Part shown: positions 40,206 through 49,090 of the stretch, piece after piece
Position numbering within the stretch: the stretch's first letter is position 1
Layout: every line of letters begins with the position of its first letter
Notes under the pieces: model-generated
Database searches by the model: none
What the model was told of the DNA's origin: nothing
What the model saw: the letters and a program-made list of their open reading frames with translations, nothing else
Program-made: the position numbers and the translations under genes
NCBI GenBank assembly: GCA_039591655.1
Contig: JBDHDE010000005.1
Coordinates: forward strand, 11,021-75,020
Origin: Gemmatimonadota bacterium
GTDB lineage: Bacteria > Gemmatimonadota > Gemmatimonadetes > Gemmatimonadales > GWC2-71-9
Reading direction: 5' to 3'
Length of the DNA stretch: 64,000 nucleotides

Positions 40206-40800
40206 TGAATTGGACCGTCTCGAAGGGGATGTCTTTTTCCAACAGCCACGTCTCCAGCTCCTCGAGCTTGCCGGTGTCGAGCTGCGGATCTCTGGTGCCC
40301 ACCACGAACGTGAGTCGCGAGTCCTCGAGCTTGCCCCATGCCATCCCGAGGTCGAGGTCGGGTGGCAACATGCCGCACCACAGTATCAAGCGGTCGGCGA
40401 CGACCGATCCATGTGTGACCCAGCGTACTGCTGTGGCGACGCCCTGAGAGAATCCCAGCACGTGAACGGTGACCGCACTGCGATCGATTGCGCCGAGCAC
40501 ATGCCGATACAACCCGTCCAGGTAGGTCACGTAATCGGAGATCTCGGCGAGCCGGTCTTCTCGGGTCATCCAGCTCGCCCCCACCACCCGCTCCGTGTGG
40601 TCCGTGTAGTAGCGGGAGAGGCCCTCCGGCGCCACGATGAGTCGGCGGCCGTCATCCAGCGGGGCGAAGTGCGCCAGGAACTCCTGGGCCAACTGTCCGT
40701 ATCCGTGGCACACGAACCAGACCTGGCGCACGTCGTGGTTCGGAGTGCCCAGCGTGAAGTAGCGGGCGGTGCGCGACACCGGGAAGTGGTGTTGCTGCAT
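40153..40800 (-). CDS. Phospholipase/carboxylesterase (alpha/beta hydrolase)
   Basis: HGYGQ, APEGLSR.Y, GFSQG nucleophile elbow, GTRD, GGH. Confidence 0.88.
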   Translation of the reverse strand: MQQHHFPVSRTARYFTLGTPNHDVRQVWFVCHGYGQLAQEFLAHFAPLDDGRRLIVAPEGLSRYYTDHTERVVGASWMTREDRLAEISDYVTYLDGLYRHVLGAIDRSAVTVHVLGFSQGVATAVRWVTHGSVVADRLILWCGMLPPDLDLGMAWGKLEDSRLTFVVGTRDPQLDTGKLEELETWLLEKDIPFETVQFNGGHRLDKRVLRSLAGS

Positions 40801-40876
40801 GAGGCCAACTTACGGCCAGGGCCCGGGTTGGGCGAGAGGCTGCGGGGGCATCAGGGCTCCAGCCGGAGCGCGCAGC

Positions 40877-41496
40877 TCACGGCGCGCACTGCACCAGCAC
40901 CGTTGCGATCTCGTAAGGACTCAGTGACACGCGGAGCGTCCGGCCGTTCACCGGCAGTGATTCCTCCGCATCCTCCAGGAGATTCGCCGCGTGCGCCTCG
41001 GCGACGTCGCAGTGCACTGTCACCCGGACATCGGCGCTCGCACCGTGCCACTCCACGAGCCGCAGCACGAGGCGCTCCGTCCGCTGCCCAAGCCCCGTGC
41101 CACGACGTTCGCCCACACCCGCTGACCGTTCACCAAGGCCACCAGGTCGTCGTCGCTGTCCATGACCAGGAGCACCGTGCGCTCCTTCGGCGCGTAGACA
41201 TAGGTGTGGGCGTAGGCCACGTTCCAGTCGGCGGCCGTGGCGAAGACGTCGTTGAGGTTCAGCCCGCCCAGAGAGTCGGCGGTCCACCGCACGAACCCCC
41301 CTGCGGCGACTGTGTCCTCCACATCCGGCAGGATGGTCGCCTCGCCGGAGAGATAGTCCGTGAGCACTCCCGTCCGACCGGTGTCGGCGGGAATGGGGCC
41401 GCGGATCAGCCACTCGTGAACGATGAGGTCCTGTGCCGCTCCCGGACGGGCAAGCGCCAGGAGCGAGACTAGCAGCAGCGGTAGATGGCGTCGCAC
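40877..41496 (-). pseudogene. Internally deleted GH38 alpha-mannosidase-like gene (N- and C-terminal ends only)
   Basis: Signal peptide and beta-sandwich N-terminus (WLIRGP, VAYAHTY, SDD...VNG), joined out of frame near 41080 to a GH38-like C-terminus (LVLRLVE..G, NLLE, LSPYEIAT). Confidence 0.7.
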
Positions 41497-41611
41497 CGTC
41501 GCCTCGCCGGCTGAGAGGTTGCTCGGGCGGCGTCGGACATCGACGCCGCCCAAGCATGTCTGGGCGCCTTGGGGAGAAGTTACCGTGCGGCGCGGCTCAC
41601 TGTGAGAGCAG

Positions 41612-42760
41612 TTAGAACCGGGCGCTGAGCAACGTGAACTGCGCCGCCGGCCGCGTGCGAATCGCGCCCTGCCGGTCGATGACCTGGACGGTTGCAGGCC
41701 TGGGCATCGGGAAATCCAACTCGAGGCCCCGGTCCCAGTTGAGGAGCGAGCCGTGGAGCGTGCCGCGGCTCGCCTCGCTGCGGGACGGCTCCCCGGGAGC
41801 CGTGACCACGACACCGGCGGCCAGTCCCACCGTGGCCCCGAGGGTCGGCAGCAGCACGGCGGTCTGGTCATCGTCCACGGAGAGCAGCAGATCGAGGCCG
41901 AAGCCCCCCAACAGCCCGGCCAGACCCGCGATGCTCACCAGGCGGACCCTCCCAGGGCTGGGATTCCACGATCGCGCCAGGGGGATGCCGGCCACCAGAG
42001 CCACGTCCCCGCCGATCAGCGTCCAGGTGAGAAGGGCGTCATCTTCCGCCTCGGCCAGGATCCCCCCGGCGAGCCCGTACCAGGTGCCCCACAGGGCGGC
42101 GTGGTTCACCAACTCGATGTGGCTCTCCGGAATGTCGGTGAGCCGGGTGATGACGAGGCCGGTGCCCAGCCCGGCGAGCCCCCCGACGAGGGCCGCAGCG
42201 AAAGGCGCCGTCTCGGAGGTGATGCAGCCGAACTCGGTGCAGTCGTCCCCGATGTCGAGGACCTGCTGCCATCCCACCCCCTGCCAGGTGCCCCACATCT
42301 CGGCGAAGTTGATCACCCCCGCCTGGCCCTTGCTCATGGGGTTGTTGCGGGCGTAGACGCTGGACCAGAAGAACCCGGTGGGTCCGCCGAGCAGCAGGCC
42401 CAGGCCAAACGGCTCGGGGTCCTCCGCCCCGAAAGCGGCTGGAACCGCTACCCCCAGCCATGCCCCGAACAGGGTTTGGAAGACGATGAAACGGGTGCGT
42501 CCCTCGGTCGCCGTGCGGGTTCTGCGCAGCTCGGCCAGCCAATCCTCAGCATCGGTGGCTGCGGGAGTCCCGGGATAGTGCCGCACGATGAAGAGCAGCA
42601 GCTCCTCGAGCGTCTCCCAGGCGCGCTCCTGCTCGAGAACGCGTGCGACGTCGATGAGGACCGCGGCGGTGTCGGCGGGTGTTTCCTGGGCAGCGGCCGG
42701 TGCCGCACTGGCCACACATACGGCGAGCCCCAGGCCGGCCAGAAGATGTCGCATCTTCAT
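41612..42760 (-). CDS. Exported Gly-rich membrane protein, unknown function
   Basis: Signal peptide, TPR-like hairpin (HYPGTPAA), repeated W.G/WG.W hydrophobic helices, C-terminal Phe. Confidence 0.75.
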   Translation of the reverse strand: MKMRHLLAGLGLAVCVASAAPAAAQETPADTAAVLIDVARVLEQERAWETLEELLLFIVRHYPGTPAATDAEDWLAELRRTRTATEGRTRFIVFQTLFGAWLGVAVPAAFGAEDPEPFGLGLLLGGPTGFFWSSVYARNNPMSKGQAGVINFAEMWGTWQGVGWQQVLDIGDDCTEFGCITSETAPFAAALVGGLAGLGTGLVITRLTDIPESHIELVNHAALWGTWYGLAGGILAEAEDDALLTWTLIGGDVALVAGIPLARSWNPSPGRVRLVSIAGLAGLLGGFGLDLLLSVDDDQTAVLLPTLGATVGLAAGVVVTAPGEPSRSEASRGTLHGSLLNWDRGLELDFPMPRPATVQVIDRQGAIRTRPAAQFTLLSARF

Positions 42761-42958
42761 GGTCTCTCCTCCGCCGGCTGGGAGGGTGCCGGCTGTTTGT
42801 CACCGGCGAGCCAATCTGGGCGCCGGTGGCAAGCAGGCGTCAAGCAGCCGTGCTGCCGGCCCCGTGTCGGGTCGGCAGCGCGTATGGAAATACCCTTGCT
42901 GTTGGGAGCGGTTCCGGAGCCGCGGCTATGAGGCCGGCGGAGGAGCTCCCCCCGGCCT

Positions 42959-43369
42959 CTAGGAGGCTGTTCCTTGGAGCACCCGCTCCATGCGGGAGCG
43001 CACTTCCTGGGCCACGGGCTCCATGGCCTCGATCCCCGCGATGCCCAGCTGCTTCACCGGATCGAGCGCGGCCACCACGCACTTGTTGGGGTCGTCTGCG
43101 GCGTACACGATGACGTTGCAGGGAAGGAGCAGCCCGATGTCCCGCTCCGTGGAGAGGGCCTGGTGCGCCAGCGGCGGGTTGCACGCTCCCAGGATCACGT
43201 AGGGCCGGAAGTCCACGTCCAGCTTCTTCTTGAGTGTTGCCTTGACGTTGATCTCGGTCAGGACGCCGAAGCCCTCCTTGCTCAGCTCCTCGCGGACCCG
43301 CTCCACTGCCTCGTCGTACGGCAGGTCCACTGTGACGCTCAGTCCATACTCGGTCGTCTGCTGCACCAT
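42959..43369 (-). CDS. DUF302-family protein
   Basis: EGFGVLTEINV..TLKKKL, Y.ILGACNP.LA, IGLLLPCNVIVY. Confidence 0.92.
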   Translation of the reverse strand: MVQQTTEYGLSVTVDLPYDEAVERVREELSKEGFGVLTEINVKATLKKKLDVDFRPYVILGACNPPLAHQALSTERDIGLLLPCNVIVYAADDPNKCVVAALDPVKQLGIAGIEAMEPVAQEVRSRMERVLQGTAS

Positions 43370-43490
43370 GGTCTCCTGGTCTGGCCGCTGGGGCCTCACC
43401 CGCGAGGGGCCCGCGGTGATTCCGACGAGCAACTGTTGCTGACGGTTATTAAAGGTAAAGAGACTCCGCTGCGGTGGGAGTCGCGGAATG

Positions 43491-43519
43491 TTGACCTGTT
43501 GGGTCGGGGACTGTAGAAT
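43491..43519 (+). promoter_or_regulatory. Sigma70-type promoter candidate for the cox operon
   Basis: TTGACC-N17-TAGAAT about 60 bp upstream of coxB. Confidence 0.6.
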
Positions 43520-43578
43520 ACCCCGCCGGCTCCGTCGAACGACGGGGCCGGTTGGTTTCTGGGAGACCCTCGACGCAC

Positions 43579-44610
43579 ATGGACGCACACCAGACCCAAC
43601 GAGCAGGCCCGTCGCGAATCCTGGTGGGAGCGGCGCTGATCGCCCTCGTGGCCGTGATCTCCGCCTGCTCCGGGGAGTATCCCCAATCCACGCTCCACCC
43701 GACGGCGGACTTCGGCAGCGAGATCGACCGCCTGTACCGGACCATCGTATGGTGGGCGCTGGGCGTGTTCGTGGTGGTGGAGACGGCGCTCTTCGTGGCG
43801 ATCCTCAAGTTCCGCGATAGGCCGGGCGCCGGCGATCCCAAGCAGGTGCACGGCAGCACGCTGCTGGAGATCTCCTGGACCCTGGCACCCGCGGTGGTGC
43901 TCATCTTCATCGCCGTCCCGACGATCCGCACCATCTTCCGCACCGACGGCACCCCGGCGGCGGACGCGATGGAGGTCGAGGTCATCGGGCACCAGTGGTG
44001 GTGGGAGTTCCACTACCCCGAGCTTGGCATCACCACGGCCAACGAGCTCCACATGCCGGCGGGTCGACCGGTGTCGCTGGTGATGACCTCCGAGGACGTG
44101 ATCCACAGTTTCTGGGTGCCGAAGCTCGGTGGTAAGCGGGACGTGATGCCCGGCCGCACGACCCGGATCGCGTTCACCCCCGACTCGGTTGGTGCCTTCT
44201 TCGGGCAGTGCGCCGAGTTCTGCGGCGTGTCGCACGCGAACATGCGTATGCGGCTCGTGGTGGACGACTCGGCGGGTTTCGCGGCCTGGGTGGCGCAGGA
44301 GCAGACGCCGCCGCCGGGTGTCGAGGCCCTCGGCGCGGTGGAGCAGCAGGGTTATGAGGTGTTCCGCACCAAGGGCTGCATGGCCTGCCATACCATCGAT
44401 GGTGTCGCTGCCGGCGTGTTGGGACCCGATCTCACGCACGTGGGTAGCAGGACGACCATTGCCGCCGGCATTCTGCCCAACACGGCGGAGGGGCTCGCGC
44501 GGTGGTTGCGGAACCCGGTAGCCGAGAAGCCCGGGAGCCTGATGCCCCGGATGCCGCTGACCGAGGAAGAGATCGCGGCCCTCGCCGCGTATCTCAAGAG
44601 CTTGAAATGA
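43579..44610 (+). CDS. coxB: Cytochrome c oxidase subunit II with fused cytochrome c (caa3 type)
   Basis: LEISWT, GHQWWW.F.Y, DVIHSFWVP, CuA motif CAEFCGVSHANM, heme c motif CMACH...MP. Confidence 0.96.
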   Translation: MDAHQTQRAGPSRILVGAALIALVAVISACSGEYPQSTLHPTADFGSEIDRLYRTIVWWALGVFVVVETALFVAILKFRDRPGAGDPKQVHGSTLLEISWTLAPAVVLIFIAVPTIRTIFRTDGTPAADAMEVEVIGHQWWWEFHYPELGITTANELHMPAGRPVSLVMTSEDVIHSFWVPKLGGKRDVMPGRTTRIAFTPDSVGAFFGQCAEFCGVSHANMRMRLVVDDSAGFAAWVAQEQTPPPGVEALGAVEQQGYEVFRTKGCMACHTIDGVAAGVLGPDLTHVGSRTTIAAGILPNTAEGLARWLRNPVAEKPGSLMPRMPLTEEEIAALAAYLKSLK

Positions 44611-46373
44611 AGGTCTGGAGCTGGATCACGACCACCGACCACAAGCGGATCGGGATTCTCTACGGGGTGAGCGCCTTCGCGTTCTTCCTCCTCGGGGGTC
44701 TCGAGGCGCTCGTCATGCGCGTGCAGTTGTCGTCGCCGAACAACACGGTCGTGAGCGCCGAGACGTTCAACGAGTTGTTCACGATGCACGGCACGACCAT
44801 GGTGTTCTTGGCGATCATGCCGCTGTCGGCTGCGTTCTTCAACTTCATCGTGCCGCTGCAGATCGGCGCCCGGGACGTGGCGTTCCCCAGGCTGAACGCG
44901 TTCAGCTACTGGGTCTTCCTGGTGGGCGGCCTCTTCATGAACGTCAGCTTCCTCGTGGGCGCCGCTCCCAACGCCGGATGGTTCGGCTACGCCAACCTCA
45001 CGAACACCCAATACTCCCCCGGGCTGCACGTCGACTTCTGGGTGCTGGGTCTCCAGATCCTCGGTATCGCGTCCATCGCCGCCGGCATCAACTTCATCGT
45101 TACCATAGTGAACCTGCGGGCGCCGGGCATGCGGTTCATGCGGATGCCCGTGTTCACCTGGATGACGCTCGTGACACAGTTCATCATCGTCACGGCCTTC
45201 CCGGTGATCACGGTCGCGCTGGTGTTCCTGATGTTCGACCGCTTCTTCGGCACGAATTTCTACTCGGTGGCGGCCGGCGGTGACGTGCTGCTGTGGCAGC
45301 ACCTGTTCTGGTTGTTCGGCCACCCCGAGGTCTACATCCTAATCCTCCCGGCCATGGGCGTGGTCTCCGAGGTGATCCCCACCTTCTCCCGGAAGCCGCT
45401 GTTCGGATACGCCGTGGTGGTCTACTCGGGTTTGCTCATCGGGATCCTCGGTTGGGGCGTGTGGGCGCACCACATGTTCCAGGTCGGGCTGGGTCCCATC
45501 GCCGACTCCGTGTTCTCGGCCACGACCATGCTCATCGCCATCCCCACGGGCGTGAAGATCTTCAACTGGATCGCGACGATGTGGGGCGGGAGGCTGCAGT
45601 TCAAGACGTCGTTCCTGTTCGCCGTCGGCTTCATCGCTATGTTCATCGTCGGCGGACTCTCGGGCGTGATGCACTCCTCGCCACCGGCCGACCTACAGCA
45701 GACCGACACGTACTTCGTGGTGGCTCACTTCCACTACGTGCTGGTGGGCGGCTCCGTCATGGGGTTGTTCGCCGGCATCTACTATTGGTGGCCCAAGATC
45801 TTCGGCGGGATGCTGAGCGAGGCCATTGGGAAGTGGCACTTCTGGCTCACCATCATCGGCGCGAACCTCGCATTCTTTCCGATGCACTTCATCGGGCTGC
45901 TAGGTATGCCCAGGCGGGTGTACACCTACGATGCCGCCCTGGGCCTGGACACGATGAACCTGGTGGCCACGGTTGGCGCATTCACCATGGGGCTGGGCAG
46001 CCTCGTCTTTCTGGTGAACGTCGTGTGGTCCGCGCGGCGCGGGCGGCGTGCCGACGCGAACCCGTGGGGTGGAGCGACGCTCGAGTGGGCGATTCCCTCG
46101 CCGCCGCCGGCGTACAATTTCTCGGTCACGCCGAAGGTGATGAGCCGGCTGCCGCTCTGGTCGGAGAAGGGCTACGAGCCCAAGCCGCTTCCGGCTACGC
46201 CGCCCGAAGCGGTCCACCTGCCGGGTGGCTCGTTCTGGCCGCTGGTCTCGGCCATTGGAATCGTGACGATGGCAAGCGGCGCCGTGCTCCACTCCCTGTG
46301 GGTGGCGCTCGCCGGTGCCGCCGTTCTGGTGGTGAGCATCTACGCGTGGGCCTTCGAGCCCTTCGAGGTCTGA
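44607..46373 (+). CDS. coxA: Cytochrome c oxidase subunit I, type A1
   Basis: TTDHKRIG, TMHGT, WLFGHPEVY, VWAHHM, VAHFHY, GMPRR; extra C-terminal TM pair. Confidence 0.97.
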   Translation: MKVWSWITTTDHKRIGILYGVSAFAFFLLGGLEALVMRVQLSSPNNTVVSAETFNELFTMHGTTMVFLAIMPLSAAFFNFIVPLQIGARDVAFPRLNAFSYWVFLVGGLFMNVSFLVGAAPNAGWFGYANLTNTQYSPGLHVDFWVLGLQILGIASIAAGINFIVTIVNLRAPGMRFMRMPVFTWMTLVTQFIIVTAFPVITVALVFLMFDRFFGTNFYSVAAGGDVLLWQHLFWLFGHPEVYILILPAMGVVSEVIPTFSRKPLFGYAVVVYSGLLIGILGWGVWAHHMFQVGLGPIADSVFSATTMLIAIPTGVKIFNWIATMWGGRLQFKTSFLFAVGFIAMFIVGGLSGVMHSSPPADLQQTDTYFVVAHFHYVLVGGSVMGLFAGIYYWWPKIFGGMLSEAIGKWHFWLTIIGANLAFFPMHFIGLLGMPRRVYTYDAALGLDTMNLVATVGAFTMGLGSLVFLVNVVWSARRGRRADANPWGGATLEWAIPSPPPAYNFSVTPKVMSRLPLWSEKGYEPKPLPATPPEAVHLPGGSFWPLVSAIGIVTMASGAVLHSLWVALAGAAVLVVSIYAWAFEPFEV

Positions 46374-46374
46374 G

Positions 46375-46965
46375 ATGACGCACGCCGCGACCGCCCACGC
46401 GCATCATACGAGCACCGGGCTCGACAGCCGGAAGATCGGCTTCTGGACGTTCATCGGGTCAGAGTGTCTGCTCTTCGGCTCGCTGATCTCCACCTACCTC
46501 GTGTACAAGGGTCGAAGCGTGGTGGGGCCGATGCCCGAGGAGATCCTCAACATCCCGGTGACCTCCGTGAGCACCTTCGACCTGCTGATGTCCAGCCTGG
46601 CGATGGTGCTGGCGCTGGCGGCCGTCACCCGGGGCGATCGGGTCTGGTCGAGGGTTTGGCTCGGAACGACGGCGCTGCTAGGGCTGGTGTTCCTCGGATT
46701 CCAGGCGTACGAGTTCACCTCGTTCGTGCATGAGGGGCTCACCCTGCAGACCAACCTCTTCGGCTCTACGTTCTTCGTGCTGACCGGCACTCACGGGGCC
46801 CACGTCGCGGTTGGGGTGATCTGGCTGCTGACACTGTTGGTGCGTTCGTTCCAGGGTAAGCTCGGACCCGAGAAGGCCATGAACGTGGAGCTCGCAGGCC
46901 TTTACTGGCACTTCGTCGATGTTGTCTGGATCGTGATCTTCACCGTGGTGTACCTGCTTCGGTAA
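46375..46965 (+). CDS. coxC: Cytochrome c oxidase subunit III
   Basis: GFWTFIGSE, FFVLTGTHGAHV, GLYWHFVDVVW. Confidence 0.95.
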   Translation: MTHAATAHAHHTSTGLDSRKIGFWTFIGSECLLFGSLISTYLVYKGRSVVGPMPEEILNIPVTSVSTFDLLMSSLAMVLALAAVTRGDRVWSRVWLGTTALLGLVFLGFQAYEFTSFVHEGLTLQTNLFGSTFFVLTGTHGAHVAVGVIWLLTLLVRSFQGKLGPEKAMNVELAGLYWHFVDVVWIVIFTVVYLLR

Positions 46966-46976
46966 CGGGTGGCAAG

Positions 46977-47294
46977 ATGAGCGAGCAGCACGGACACGAG
47001 GAACACGCACACCCTGGCGTCGGCACGTACCTCACGGTTGCCGCCGTCCTCACCATCATCACGCTCGTCGAGGTCGGCGTCTTCTACGTTCCCGCCTTCC
47101 AGGGGGTGCTGGCCCCGATTCTCCTCACCCTCTCGGCGGTGAAGTTCGTGCTGGTGGTGGGATTCTACATGCATCTGAAGACCGACCACCGTCTCTTCGC
47201 GGCGATCTTCACGGTGCCACTGCTCATCGCCGTCGCGGTGGTCGTAGCGCTGCTCTTCCTGTTCGGGGTGGTTGCCCTTCCCGCTGCGTCCTGA
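46977..47294 (+). CDS. coxD: Cytochrome c oxidase subunit IV family
   Basis: L..IT.VEV, KF.LV...YMHLK; operon position. Confidence 0.88.
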   Translation: MSEQHGHEEHAHPGVGTYLTVAAVLTIITLVEVGVFYVPAFQGVLAPILLTLSAVKFVLVVGFYMHLKTDHRLFAAIFTVPLLIAVAVVVALLFLFGVVALPAAS

Positions 47295-47324
47295 GCCGAC
47301 GGGACGGCGGTTGCCACCGCCCGA

Positions 47325-47858
47325 TCACACAGGCCGAATGCTGTCAGAGGACTCGTCGATGGGTGCGCCCAGCGGGTGCTTGGCGAGCTGCTCCCGCAGC
47401 TTGGGGTGCTGGTGCCACAGATAGTACCCCATGCCTGCCGCCGCGATGGCGTTGCCGACGGCCACGCTCCACCACGCCAGCGCGCCGAGGAGAGGTTGGG
47501 CCAGGACTGCCACCACGATGTAGAAGCCGAACTCGAAGGCGGCGAACAGCACGACCACGATGAACAGCGTGGATGGTGCCCGCTCCACTTGGCAGGCGAG
47601 TGCGGCGGCGGTCATTCCCACGAGGACGAAGGTGAGCGCGTGCACCACCGTGTAGCCGACCACGGCCTGGAAAGAGATCTGCACCGCGCCGGGATCCCGC
47701 AGTCCCCAGAACAACGCCGAGCCGAGCATGGCCGGTGTGAAGAAGGGCTCGCGGGCGATACTGTCCACGATCAGGAACCAGGTCGCGATGGCTGCGGCAC
47801 CGATCATACCGGCGACGAGCCCTTCGCGAGAGACGCGCTTGAGGTTCATGCTGCCCAT
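47325..47858 (-). CDS. Hypothetical four-TM membrane protein
   Basis: REGLVAG.IGA...A.WFL..D.....PF.TP..LG; GAGG RBS. Confidence 0.75.
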   Translation of the reverse strand: MGSMNLKRVSREGLVAGMIGAAAIATWFLIVDSIAREPFFTPAMLGSALFWGLRDPGAVQISFQAVVGYTVVHALTFVLVGMTAAALACQVERAPSTLFIVVVLFAAFEFGFYIVVAVLAQPLLGALAWWSVAVGNAIAAAGMGYYLWHQHPKLREQLAKHPLGAPIDESSDSIRPV

Positions 47859-48097
47859 CCTGCCTCGCAGTTGGAACGCCTACGTAAAGCCGACAACATT
47901 GGTCGGTCAAGGGGCCGTGCGTGTGACGCGTTCGGCACCCATGCTAACGTGCCCGTGCCGGTCTCCAGTTCCCCGTGCGCCTTGACGGGGGAGGTTGTGG
48001 CCGGCATGCTCGCTTGCGTTCAGGCGGGAGACGAGGCTTACCCCATGCAACGAGTCGGACGGGGCGCCATGGCGCGACGTGGCCGAGGGAGGGCGGC

Positions 48098-48976
48098 GTG
48101 AGCATATCACTGGTGGCGCCCCGCGGCCGCGCAGCGGATTACCTGGAGCTCACGAAGCCCAACATCGTGGCCATGATCCTGGTCACGGTGGCGGCGGGCT
48201 TCTATCTCGGTGCTGAGGGAGCGCTGGACGTCGTCCTGCTGGTGCATACGCTCGTCGGCTCTGCGCTGGTCGCCGGCGGGAGCAACGCCCTCAATCAGAT
48301 CCTCGAGCGTAAGATCGACGCCCGCATGCGGCGCACCGAGAACCGGCCCCTCCCTGCCGGACGCCTCGGCGTGTCTCGGGCGACTGTCTTCGCGTGGGGC
48401 TTGGGCCTGAGCGGCGTCGCGTACCTGGCGGCCATGACCAACCCCACGGTGACGTTCCTGGCGGCGGCGACGCTGGGCTCCTACGTGTTCGTCTACACTC
48501 CGCTCAAGCGCAAGACATCGCTGTGCACGCTGGTTGGCGCGGTGCCCGGCGCCCTGCCGATCGTGGGGGGCTGGGCGGCTGCCCGCGGCACGGTGGGCCT
48601 CGAGGCGTGGGTGCTGTTCGTGCTGCTCTACCTCTGGCAGCTGCCCCACTTCCTCGCCCTCGCCTGGCTGTGCCGCGAGGACTACGCCCGGGCGGGCCTC
48701 CGGATGCTGAGCGTTACAGCAGGGGCTGACGCGACGTTCCGCCAGGCGCTGCTCTACGCCGTGGCGATCCTGCCGGTGAGCCTCATGCCGACCGTGCTGG
48801 GGACGACGGGGCCGGTGACGTTCTTCGGTGCGATGACCTGCTCGCTGTGGCTCATCTGGGCCACCGCCTCGGCGGCCCGGGATCGCTCGCGCAACAAGGC
48901 CCGCCGACTGTTTCTGGTGACGGTGATCTACCTGCCGGCGGTGTTGCTGCTGATGATCGTCGACAAGGCCATCTGA
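48098..48976 (+). CDS. ctaB: Protoheme IX farnesyltransferase (heme o synthase)
   Basis: YLELTKP, N...ER.ID..M.RT..RPLP.G, YT.LKR, GA.PGALP, WQLPHF. Confidence 0.95.
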   Translation: MSISLVAPRGRAADYLELTKPNIVAMILVTVAAGFYLGAEGALDVVLLVHTLVGSALVAGGSNALNQILERKIDARMRRTENRPLPAGRLGVSRATVFAWGLGLSGVAYLAAMTNPTVTFLAAATLGSYVFVYTPLKRKTSLCTLVGAVPGALPIVGGWAAARGTVGLEAWVLFVLLYLWQLPHFLALAWLCREDYARAGLRMLSVTAGADATFRQALLYAVAILPVSLMPTVLGTTGPVTFFGAMTCSLWLIWATASAARDRSRNKARRLFLVTVIYLPAVLLLMIVDKAI

Positions 48977-49021
48977 GCGGCCGCAGCCAATCAGCGCTCA
49001 CCCTCACGCGTCGCAATGAGA

Positions 49022-49056
49022 CGGGCGCCCCGTCCGCATCAGGACCGGGGCGCCCG
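49022..49056. terminator. GC-rich hairpin between convergent ctaB and degP
   Basis: CGGGCGCCCCG-TCC...GGAC-CGGGGCGCCCG inverted repeat; no clear U tail. Confidence 0.45.
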
Positions 49057-49090
49057 CTGGGTTCAGGGAGCCGGCCGGCCCCCGCGACGG

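Noticed and set aside
48001..48018. Sigma54 promoter for ctaB (CGGCATGCTCGCTTGCG)
   Set aside because: GG-to-GC spacing is 11, not the required 10.
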